Source: Acidimicrobiia bacterium (lineage in GTDB: Bacteria; Actinomycetota; Acidimicrobiia; Spongiisociales; JAHEDJ01). From it: a stretch of DNA of 64,000 nt. Below are positions 1-10,000 of this stretch, piece by piece. The notes under the pieces were generated by a model that did no database searches, was not told the origin of the DNA, and saw nothing but the letters and a program-made list of their open reading frames with translations. Where the stretch lies: positions 1-64,000 of the forward strand of contig JARGFH010000004.1 of the NCBI GenBank assembly GCA_029210695.1. Direction: 5' to 3'. Position 1 is the first letter of the stretch. Each line of letters begins with the position of its first letter. Made by a program: the position numbers and the translations under genes.

Positions 1-378
1 GACGACAGTCGCCGTTGGATCGTCCGAGCCGACAACTGTATCGCCCTGGGATTCTTGGAGACTCTTTACCTTGGAAGCGAGGATGGAGTTATGTCAAAGA
101 AACCCCGACTCGCCATCGGCCAGGCGGATCACCTTGGGATCACCGGTATTGCGTTGCGCGGTGATAAACGCCAACACATCCGCCGTGGTCACCGCATCAG
201 GATCCTTAGGAATCAGCGCAAAGAACACCTTCAGATCGAACCCGGCCGCCAACACCGTGTTCGATCGGCAGCGGGCCGCCAAGAACTCCAGATAGTCATC
301 AACCACCCGATGACCCAACTGCACACGCAGCCGTCCAGCCGGTGAAACAGACCGAATCAAACACGGGAACCAAGACAT
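1..378 (-). pseudogene. Tyrosine recombinase/integrase, N-terminal part, disrupted by an insertion at 37-100; continues beyond the left edge
   Basis: ATG at 378 gives MSWFPCL...VDDYLEFLAARCRSNTVLAAGFDLKVFF...RLADGESG; after the insert, bases 35->1 read LSARTIQRRLS, the expected continuation of an integrase core-binding domain. Confidence 0.75.
37..100 (+). mobile_element. Truncated IS3-family (IS6110/IS629-like) left end with the start of orfA
   Basis: TGTATCGCCCTGGGATTCTTGGAGACTC...CTTGGAA..GGATGGAGTTATGTCA resembles, from recall, the IS6110/IS629 left ends (TGAACCGCCCCGG...GGAGACT); flanked by AAC at 34-36 and 101-103. Confidence 0.7.
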
Positions 379-493
379 ACGGGCATCCTTTCCCGGCCCC
401 GGACGGGGCCACCACACAGAGTCCCAGACCCCCCACCCATCGTCCAAGAAACCCGCCCCCGATTACCCCCATATCCTCACATCGGAGTGCGGG

Positions 494-904
494 TTACGGG
501 CGTAGTTCGAGGAAGCCTGCCGCTGCGAAGTCCTGATCGAACGCCAGTGCTTCGCGGAGGCGGCGGTTGCGCATCACCTGAAAGCTTGTTGCATCGACGA
601 ACGAGTAGCTCCTCTCGTCGTGCTTCCGCAGCCAGGCCCACGCGTTGTTCTCTTGGTCGATGGTGACCCGGTGGACGGCGAGTTTGGATTGCTGTTGGAG
701 TGCGCCGATCCGGTCGAGGAAGGCTAGGGCAGTTCGGTGACCGTCCTTGCGGCGGAGAAACGTCCAGGTTTCTCCTACGACCAGATTGGTGGTTAGTACC
801 TGTTCGGCAGATCCAAGATGGGCGAGCATCGCCAACGCATCGGAGTGCCCTCCATCCCCGGGGAGGGACCACGCCACCCACCAGCTGGTGTCGGCGAACT
901 TCAC
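494..904 (-). CDS. vapC: PIN-domain toxin (VapC family)
   Basis: GTG start overlapping the antitoxin stop; FADTS...GET...SFVDATSF...AFDQDF PIN acidic motifs; 136 aa. Confidence 0.9.
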   Translation of the reverse strand: MKFADTSWWVAWSLPGDGGHSDALAMLAHLGSAEQVLTTNLVVGETWTFLRRKDGHRTALAFLDRIGALQQQSKLAVHRVTIDQENNAWAWLRKHDERSYSFVDATSFQVMRNRRLREALAFDQDFAAAGFLELRP

Positions 905-1131
905 GAGTCGTAGACCACCCGGTCGATCTCGCCCGGTTCGGTCGTGAATTCTTCGCCTGCGAAGCCGGCGAGCTGGTGCCACGGATCGTCAGCCGACCGG
1001 GTGTCCTGGTTGGGGAGGAGAGTGGCCAGGCCGCGGCGGATCAGCTCGGACTTGGAGATGCCCCGGCGTTTCGCTTCGGCTGCTGCTTCGGCGTCGAGTT
1101 CGTCGGGGATGGTGATCGTAATCGTCTTCAT
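901..1131 (-). CDS. vapB: Ribbon-helix-helix (CopG-type) antitoxin
   Basis: MKTITITIPDELD...AKRRGISKSELIRRGL RHH pattern; directly upstream of and coupled to the PIN toxin. Confidence 0.85.
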   Translation of the reverse strand: MKTITITIPDELDAEAAAEAKRRGISKSELIRRGLATLLPNQDTRSADDPWHQLAGFAGEEFTTEPGEIDRVVYDS

Positions 1132-1137
1132 GGAGTC

Positions 1138-1170
1138 ATTATACATAGGCGCTGTTGCGACGCCTACATA
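1138..1170 (-). promoter_or_regulatory. Leaderless promoter and putative operator of vapBC
   Basis: TATAAT (1143-1138) 6 nt before ATG; inverted repeat TAGGCG-N9-CGCCTA (1146-1166) adjacent. Confidence 0.65.
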
Positions 1171-1673
1171 GTGCTCCCCTCGCGGGTTGAGGTGCGCGGT
1201 CCCAGGTTCTAGACAAGTTCGGTCTGAGCCGACCTGCCAGCCAGGATGAGCGTCGAGCACGATGCTGTGGCCCAGAGCGAACCCGGTCTCGGCCAACTCC
1301 TGGATCTCGACTTCCGGGAGGCGTGGGTCGGTCCCGTCGCCTGGTGCACAGCTGGGCGGAGGCTCTGGCGCACTCCACGTGGACGGGGCGGTCAAGACGA
1401 AAGCGCTGTGTTTCTCAGTGGGCCAGGATCGCTATTGTCAGATCACGTGCACGACGTCCTCGACAATTGCGGGTTCTACGGCGAGAAGGCTCCCAGGATT
1501 TCGATGGCCGACCCCCGGGACACCCTCATTGAGCAACCTTCGTTGCTAAACGACAATCCGTGCTCCGGTCCGCTTGAGAACACCGACCGACCGGTGAAGT
1601 GTCCCGGCCCCGGCAGGCACCGTATCGCTCTGATACCACCGGCCGTCTCCTATACCCTTCCCCGGCACCCGCG

Positions 1674-2378
1674 ATGACTTCATCAGGAACACCAGGCCTC
1701 ACCGGCTGGGACTCGCCGTTTCCCCGTGGAGTCGGATTCGCCCAGGTGGACTTGGGTCACTTGAACATGGATGCCGTCGCCCACGACCCGATTGCCTCTC
1801 GTGAACTGAGCGCTCTCGGCGAGGGACCAACCGAGGCGAGACGCTTGGAGTTTGCAGCCGGGCGTGCGGCCGCCCGGCAAGCGCTGCGTGGTCTCGGTGT
1901 GGAAGAGACGCCTGTGCTGATCGGTGGTCGTCGGGAACCGATCTGGCCGACCGGAGCGATAGGGACGATCACGCACTCAGACGGGACGGCTCTGGCGGCT
2001 GTGGCCTGGCAGAAGCACTGGTCGGGGCTTGGCCTGGACATCGAGAGTCTCGATCGCTTCTTTCCCGACCTCATCACGATGATCACCTCGGCATCGGAAC
2101 GGGTCGGGTTGGAACCGCTGTTGAACAGCGCTCCCGAGCGCACGGCAGTAGCGGTCTTCGCTGCCAAAGAGGCCCTCTACAAGGCATTGTTCCCACGGGT
2201 TGGGAGGCTTTTCGGTTTCGACGCTGCATACGTTCGACCCGGTGCACATCCGAATCAGGTGACCCTCCAACTGCTCGACGATCTCGCAGCCGACGTTCGG
2301 GCAGGAACGGTTTACTCGGTCCAGACAATATGGCGCCAGCGCCTGGTGCTGGCTTCGCTGGCTATCGAGGCAGTGTGA
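1674..2378 (+). CDS. 4'-phosphopantetheinyl transferase (EntD-like)
   Basis: RRLEFAAGR, PIWP.G..GTITHS, GLDIE, FAAKEALYKA motifs; next to NRPS genes; start uncertain (1599 GTG possible). Confidence 0.9.
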   Translation: MTSSGTPGLTGWDSPFPRGVGFAQVDLGHLNMDAVAHDPIASRELSALGEGPTEARRLEFAAGRAAARQALRGLGVEETPVLIGGRREPIWPTGAIGTITHSDGTALAAVAWQKHWSGLGLDIESLDRFFPDLITMITSASERVGLEPLLNSAPERTAVAVFAAKEALYKALFPRVGRLFGFDAAYVRPGAHPNQVTLQLLDDLAADVRAGTVYSVQTIWRQRLVLASLAIEAV

Positions 2379-2404
2379 TGCTGCCGGATCGCTGGCGACC
2401 TACC

Positions 2405-4051
2405 TCAGCTCGATACGATGCGGCCGCCCTTGAGTTCGATGACTTCGTCAACCCCGCCGAGCACGGCCGGATCGTGGGTTATGAGTAGCACCGCAGGGCG
2501 TGGTTGAAGCGTGGCGATGTTACTGATGACGGCATGGAGAGCGTCACGGTCGAGGTGGTTCGTCGGCTCATCGAGGATCAGGATGCTTGGCCTGTGGATG
2601 ACGGCTCTCGCGATTGCGAGTCGTTGACGCTGACCACCCGAGAGAAAGACACCTTCATCACCGATGTCCGTGTCTAGTCCGTCCGGCAAGCTCTCAACGA
2701 ATGAGGCGTCCGCGACCTTGAGCGCCCGGTCGATATCGTCCCGATTCAGTCCGATACGACCATAAGTGATGTTGTCGACCACCGACCCGTGCAGGAGCAC
2801 CGTCTGCTGCGGGACCACACCCATCCTCCTGCGAAGCGAGATCATGTCAAGATCGGGATAGGGGATTGAGTCCGCCAAGAGCTGGCCTCGATCAGGGCGA
2901 TAGAACCCGAGTATGAGACTCACGAGCGTCGACTTCCCCGAGCCGTTCGGCCCCGTGATGGCGATGACGCTCCCTGGCTGCAGTTCGAGTGACACGCCTT
3001 CGAGCACGGGTTCCTCTCCGTATCCGAACGTGACATCCACCACTCGAAGGTGACCCGCGAATTGGATCTCGGTCGAGCCTTGATACGGTCGAGCATCCCC
3101 TTCTGTGAGTAATGCGTCGAGATGCGAGAGAGACGTTAAGCCTTCAATGACGGCGGGGACTCTCAGCGCTATTCCTCCAAGCGGGCCTCGCATCAGTGCG
3201 AACCCGGCATAGAACGAAATGAGATCCCCCAGCGTCAAGCTGCCCTGAGCCACGAAAATTCCGCCGACGATGAGGACGCTAGCTCCCGCGAGAGCCAGCA
3301 AAGTGGTCTGCGAAAGCGAATACGCCTTGTTCCACAAGGATTGCTGTACACCCGCTTCCTCCAATTCGCCCGCCCGCAGCGCGATCCGATCCATCTCCAT
3401 CTCTTCGGCTCCGTGGGTTCGGATCAAGTCCATGGTCCTGAGAATTCGTAGAACTTCACGACTGAAGTGTTCGAACATCCGGTGCTGATGCCGGACACGT
3501 TGTCGTAGGATCCGCCCCAACAGTCGACCCGTAAGCATGATGGCCGGGCCGAAGCCAAGCGTGATGGCCGCCAGAACTGGATTCATCTCGATCAGGACTG
3601 CGCCGATTCCCACAACGATCACGAACCCGGGAAGATAGGTATCAAAAACGGCCTTGGTACCGCGATCGATGCGCTCGGATTCCTGGACGATCTGATCATG
3701 GAGAACGGACGGTTCCTGTGATGTGACGAACCTCCGACTCACGAGGAACAGTTTCTCGACGGCATCCTGCCGAAGACGCTTGATAGCGTCGCGGACCACT
3801 GAAGCCGTGACATATCCGCCCCCTAATGAGAGCGCCGCGCCGAGGAGTGTCAAACCGAGGATCATGGCGCCGATCGTCAATAGCCGATCTATATCGCGAG
3901 CTGGTATCGCCTCGTCGATCGCGATCCTGACGAGTATGGGTATCGGAATCAGGGTGAGCGCGTTCAAGATCGAGAGGAGAACGCCTCCGAGAAGTCGACC
4001 TCGTGAGGAGCGATAGAGGCCGATGTAGCGCTTGAAAACTGGCCAACTCAT
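2405..4051 (-). CDS. ABC exporter, fused permease + ATPase
   Basis: N-terminal TM helices; GPNGSGKS, LSGGQRQR, ILDEPT; start overlaps the NRPS stop. Confidence 0.93.
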   Translation of the reverse strand: MSWPVFKRYIGLYRSSRGRLLGGVLLSILNALTLIPIPILVRIAIDEAIPARDIDRLLTIGAMILGLTLLGAALSLGGGYVTASVVRDAIKRLRQDAVEKLFLVSRRFVTSQEPSVLHDQIVQESERIDRGTKAVFDTYLPGFVIVVGIGAVLIEMNPVLAAITLGFGPAIMLTGRLLGRILRQRVRHQHRMFEHFSREVLRILRTMDLIRTHGAEEMEMDRIALRAGELEEAGVQQSLWNKAYSLSQTTLLALAGASVLIVGGIFVAQGSLTLGDLISFYAGFALMRGPLGGIALRVPAVIEGLTSLSHLDALLTEGDARPYQGSTEIQFAGHLRVVDVTFGYGEEPVLEGVSLELQPGSVIAITGPNGSGKSTLVSLILGFYRPDRGQLLADSIPYPDLDMISLRRRMGVVPQQTVLLHGSVVDNITYGRIGLNRDDIDRALKVADASFVESLPDGLDTDIGDEGVFLSGGQRQRLAIARAVIHRPSILILDEPTNHLDRDALHAVISNIATLQPRPAVLLITHDPAVLGGVDEVIELKGGRIVSS

Positions 4052-7000
4052 CGCAGCTCCGCCGTCTGAGCAGGCTCAGCGCGGAGTGCTGCCTGGATGT
4101 GCTTAGCCACCATCTGTGCATGCGGGGCACGCATCAATGATTGCTCGCCCCGATGGGTTCCCGGAACACCGACAACTTCGAGATTCGAGCCGGTTACCTC
4201 CCGCCAGGGAGTGAGGGCGGCGACCTTCGACGGATCGGTATTGTCGCCCGCCTGAATAAAGAGCACTCGTCCATCGTACGGTCCCGGCTTGTAGGTCGAA
4301 GCCGCCCTAGTCGCGGCACGGAACATCAGCCTCTCGACCAGCCGAGGGCTGAGAGGGCGACCGGTGACTCGCGCCATCACGGTTTTCGGTCCATGACGGA
4401 GGCGGCCGCCGAGTCGGCGAGCGTGAAGGGCCAGCTGCTTGCCAATCCGCCTTCGGTCGAGCGTTCCGTGGAGAAGACCCGACATTCGCTTGCTCACCGA
4501 GCTAGCCCGGCGTGCCCCGCCGGGCCGGAATCGGGCATCGATCAGGACGACGAGGTCCACGGGTTCTCCTTCGGAGCGGAGCCGCCTGGCGACCTCGAAC
4601 GCGATCAGACCCCCCAGGGAGTATCCGACGAGAACGTGGGGGCCGGTGCTACCTTCCGACTTCATCGCTGTGTGGCAGTGGACGGCCAGCGCGTCAATCG
4701 TTTTGAGCGGTGAGGACCTTCCGTCCAGGCCCACGGCCTCAATCCCGAGGATCGGGCGACCGGTCTTGAGGCTGCGGGCCATCAGTTCATACGTCATGAC
4801 ATTGCCTCCGGCGGGGGGCATGCAGACGATGGGACTGCCTTCGGTCCCATGCTTGATAGTGATGACGGGGCCGCCCGGCCGAGGCCCCTGCGCGCTGATG
4901 CGTTCCGTGAACGCGGCCAGCGTAGGTGCTTCAAACAAAACCGACAGGGGGAGGCGTCTGCCGTACTGCTTCTCTATCGCTGCCGTCAGTCGGATGGCCA
5001 GGAGCGAGTGTCCGCCGAGGTCGAAGAAGTTGGAGTCCGCTCCGATGTCTTGGACCTCGAGGGTCTGCTCCCACAGGCGGGCCATCCCTATCTGGGCGGC
5101 TCCCTGGGGCGGCTGGAAGGACCGCTGTGGAACTGTGGGCGAGGGGAGCGCTGCCTCATCCACTTTGCCGTTGGCCGTCAAGGGCAAGGCGTCGACGATG
5201 ACGACCGCCGACGGGATCATGAAGCCTGGTAGTAGCGGACCGAGATGGTCTATGGCCGTCTGTGACGTGATCTTCCCGACTACGTAGGCCACGAGTCGCG
5301 AGTCGGCTCCAGTCGACCGTACCGCGACGTGGGCTTGTTCGATGGCCGGGTGACTGCGGAGGTGGGCTTCTATTTCGCCCGGCTCGACTCGGAATCCGCG
5401 CAGTTTGACCTGTCGATCGATCCTTCCAAGGTACTCTATGTCGCCGTCGGGCCTGCGGCGCACGAGGTCTCCGGTTCGGTACACCCGTTGCCCTCCGAGG
5501 GTCACGAAGCGTTCGTTGGTGAGCTGCGGGTTCTTGCGATACCCGGCGGCGACGCCGAGCCCTCCGACAACCAACTCGCCGGGAGCACCGGCTGGAAGGG
5601 GGTTCATGTTCGCGTCTACCACGGTCGCCGTGGCCCCCGAGATCGGTGTGCCGATAGGGACGGTCCTGGCGCGACTTGGCACGTTCGTGACGAGTTTCCA
5701 CGTTGCAAAGGTGGTTGTTTCGGTCGGCCCGTAGACATTTACCAGCCTCCGCGGTGGCCCGGATTCGAGACACGAGCGCACGGCATCCGAGTCCGCGGCC
5801 TCGCCGCCGAACATGAGCGTGTCTAGCGATTCGAACGCGTCCGGCGCATGGCGTATTACGGCGTTGAACAGAGCGGTCGTCAGGAACATAACCGTGATAC
5901 CGCTTGCGCGGATTTCTCTTACAAGTGAATCCGGGGAGAGCAGGGTGGCACTGTCTATGACGTGGAGCGCCGCGCCGTTGAGAAGAGCCCCCCATATCTC
6001 GAACGTGGCTGCATCAAACCCTGTGTTGGAGGCGAATCCGATGACCGAATCGCTGGATAGGTCGACATAATTCGGGTCGCTGACGAGATTGACGATCGAT
6101 TGTTCTTCGATCTCGACGCCCTTCGGTGACCCGGTGGAACCCGAGGTATACATGATGTAGGCGATCCGGTCAGATGTTCCCGGGTCGGCCTCTCGCTGAA
6201 CTGCTCTGACCTCGATTCGTGGATCGTTGATGCCGTTGCCTTGGGACAGAATCGCCTTCAACCGGGCGTCCTGAGCGATCGTGTCGATTCTCGCCTGTGG
6301 ATAGGCGAGGTCGAGAGGAACGTAGACCGCTCCAGCGCGCAAGATCCCAACGATCGCCGCAACGATGCTTGATCCGCGCGCCATCTGTACGCCTACCGCG
6401 TCGCCGGGTTCGATGCCTGCAGCTTCCAAAGCGCTAGCGATCTGATGCGACGCCGCCGCGAGTTCGCCGAACGAATGGGGCTTCCTGCCATCCACTATGG
6501 CTGCCGACGACGGGGCGCGGTCGAACACCCGGTCTGCGAGGTCGATGAGTCGTGCTTTGGCGATAGATCTAGGCTCGGAAACTGGACGAGCAGGTTCGAG
6601 CTGAAGGGTGTCGATCCGTCGGTCGGTGTCCTCCCCTGTGGCTCGAAGCAGTTCTGTGTAGTGCTCGGCCATGGCAAGCACCGTTTCCTTGTCGAAGAGA
6701 TCGTTTCTGAACTCCATGAGGAAGCGAACACCATCGTCCCTCTTCGTGACATGGGTGCGAAGGTCGTACTTCGCCGGATGGGAGCCGAGGTCGACGCCGA
6801 GTGGAACGTTGGAGAGGTGCGGCAACGACAACGCCGACGATTGCCCAGATCTCATGTCGAACATCGTCTGAAAGATGGGCGTCCGGGACGTGTCTCTTGG
6901 TGCGTCGAGGTGCTCCACCACCGCATCGAAGGGGACGTGTCGATGCGCCAGAGCTTCGAGCATCGCCGAGCGGATACGATTGAGCAGGTCCCGGATGGTC

Positions 7001-10000
7001 AACTCTGGCCGGATTCGCACCCGGATCGGGAGTGGGTTGACGAAAAAGCCGACAACGTTCTCCAACTCGAGGTTGTTGCGTTCGGTACTCGGGATCCCGA
7101 TGACGAAGTCGTCCTGTCGGGTGAATCTGTGAATGAGCAGTGCATAGATGGCCAGGTAGGCCATGAACGGCGTCATTCCCTCGTCGCGGGCCACACGCTC
7201 GACCTCTCCGGAGACCTCCGCATCGATTTCCAATCGAACCACTCCGGCCTCTCCATCACTCTGCGGTGGACGGATCCGGTCGGTGGGCAGGTCCAGATTC
7301 GACGTGGAACCATCGAGCGTCTTCAGCCACCACTTCAAATCGGGGTCGGCGGCCGTTAGTTGCTGTTCCTGGCGCCGCGCAAAATCCGCGTAGGTCGTTG
7401 CTATGTCCGGGAGATCGGCAGAGCGACCTTCGACCCACGCCGTGTAGAGCGTCTCCAAATCGCCTCGAATGATCTGCATCGAATCTGCGTCCGTGGCGAT
7501 GTGGTGCGCCACGATCGAAAGAATGTGGTCGTCATCAGCAATCCGGAAGAGTTTGGTGCGAATCGGGTGGTCATTCGCCAGGTCGAACGGTGCCAGCGCC
7601 TCGTGACGAAGCGCGGCGGAGAGGTCCAGGGAGGTATCGACCTCGACGAGCTCGATGGCGTGCGGCCGTGGGCTATCGACGATCTGGAATGGGACACCAT
7701 TCTCTTCGCGTATTCTCGTTCTAAACACGGGATGCCGCGCAACGATGGTATCCATTGCATGCTGCACGGCCCGAAGTGAAAGCTCCCCGTACAGGCGCAC
7801 TCGCCAGGGGGTGTGGTAGTTGCCGGCTTCGGGTGTCAACCGGTGGAGGAACCACAACCGGCGTTGAGCGAACGACAGGGGAGATCGTTCATTCTGGTTG
7901 GTACGCGACTCGTGTTCGGCTGCCGGCTCGGCGCTTCGATAGCGCTCGAGCTCGCGCACGAACGCTCGTGGGGTTGGCGCTTCGAAGATGGTGCTGATGG
8001 GCAACCCCACATCCCATTCGGCATCGACTCGCGAGAACGCCCTGATCGCGGTCAACGAATGGCCGCCTAATTCGAAGAAGTTGTCATCGGGGCCGACGTC
8101 GATACCGATCACCTCGCCCCATATGTCGCACATGCGGGCGAGTAGGGCCGGATCGACCACGTCGGAACCCGGTGCCGGCTGAGGTGCCTCCGTCGCCAGG
8201 TTTGTCGGTCCTTCGACCTCACGAGGTCGGGTCTGGATCGGCGCATCGGGATTCGACACCAGGCGGTCGGCGAGTCGATCGAATTCATCGAGGAGTCCGA
8301 CGATGGTCGACTCGTCAAAGAGGTCGGTGTTGTAAACCAAGTTCCCGTTTAGCGATGTCTCGTCGTTTCCCAGGTACATCGTGAAGTCGAACTTCGAAGC
8401 CTCGGAGACCCTCTCGATGGATGCGGCTTCGACTCCGACGAAGGCCGGATCGGCGGCGAATGCCGAGACGCCGAACTGAAAGAAGACCTGGAACAGCGGC
8501 GTTCGATCGGCATGACGGGCCGGTGCAACGGCGCGGACCACTTGCTCGAATGGCACCTCGCGGTGATCGTAGGCGGCCAGCAGCGAGGATCGCACGGATC
8601 GGAGGACTTCGCGAAAGCTTGATCCCGGCTGAAGCGTGTGCCGGATGGCCAGCGTGTTGACCAAGAATCCGATCAGGCTCTGGGTGTCGCCGGAGGCCCG
8701 ATCGGCGCTTGGGATGCCAACGACGACATCATCGCTTCCTGAGCGCTCGTGAAGGTTCGAGATGAACAGGGCAAGCCCGACCATGAATGCCGTCGCGGAC
8801 TCCTCCCGGGCCAGAGCCAGGAATTGGTTCCTGTCGGTCTGGGTGAGTACGAACCTGTGATTGCGCCCGGTGAATGTCATGATGTCGGGCCGCGGCCGGT
8901 CCGGGTTGAGGTCGATGGCGTCCGGAGCACCAACCAGTTGACTCTGCCAGAACGCCAGGTCCCGATCGTAGGTTCCGTCGTCCAACGCCTGGCGCTGCGC
9001 TATCGCGTAGTCGGCGTATTGGATTGGCATCGAGTCGAGATCTGGTTCGGATCCCTCACGGAGTGCGTTGTACGCCGAGGAGAGTTCGCCGAACAAGATC
9101 GGCAACGACCACCCATCGCTGGCGATATGGTGCACAGCGCTGATCAGAATGTGTTCATCCGGCGACATCCGCAGGATCGTGGTCCGCCAAACCGGTTCGC
9201 CGGCCAGATCGAACGAGTACGACGCAGCCTCCTGGGTGATTCGTTCGGCCTCGCCTTGTCTATCTCCGTCCCAATCGCTGAGATCGATCACCGCCAACTG
9301 AACCGGGCCAGGATCGTCCACGATCTGGATAGGGTCCCCATCGTTTGCCACGTAGCGAGTGCGGAGGATCTCGTGGCGGGCCGCCACGACTTCGCAGGCC
9401 CGCCGGAGTATCTCGATGTCGAGCCGACCGCGGAGACGGTGAACCTTCGTGATGGTGTAGTTGGCACTCCCCGGGTACATGCGGTCCAGAACCCAGAGCC
9501 GCTCCTGTGCCGAAGATAGAGGGGCTTGCTTGACGCGAGGAGTGACCGCTGGCGGCACACCAGTCCTGGCCTCGAGCAGGGCGCGTTTGGCGGGTGACAA
9601 CCGGGCGATCCGACCGTCGGTGTCCCCTGGTGTGAGCCCCTGGTTCGGCGACCGCTGAGAGAAGCGCCGTTCCAATAAGGCTTGCTTGGCCGGTGAAAGC
9701 GCAGCTACCCGATCTTGGGTATCGGTGCTGCGATCGGTGGCCAATGCAGCGGACTTGTCGACGATCTCCGCGATCTCCGCCCGGTCGATTTTGCCGTTCG
9801 CATTGATCGGCATCGCGTCGACCACAACATATCGTGCTGGGATCGCCACCCGGGGGACCTTCGAGCGGAGATGCTCCCGCAGAGACGTGGTCGTCGGTGT
9901 CTCGGATTCTGTGACTATTGCGGCATCGAGACGGGTGATCCGACCGCCATGATGGACCGGGACTACTGCGGCGCGCTTGACGCCCGGGTGTTCTTCCAGG

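Noticed and set aside
1170..1600. Possible gene remnant between vapB and the PPTase
   Set aside because: Short protein-like stretch (EVEIQELAETGFALGHSIVLD) but no recognisable family or start
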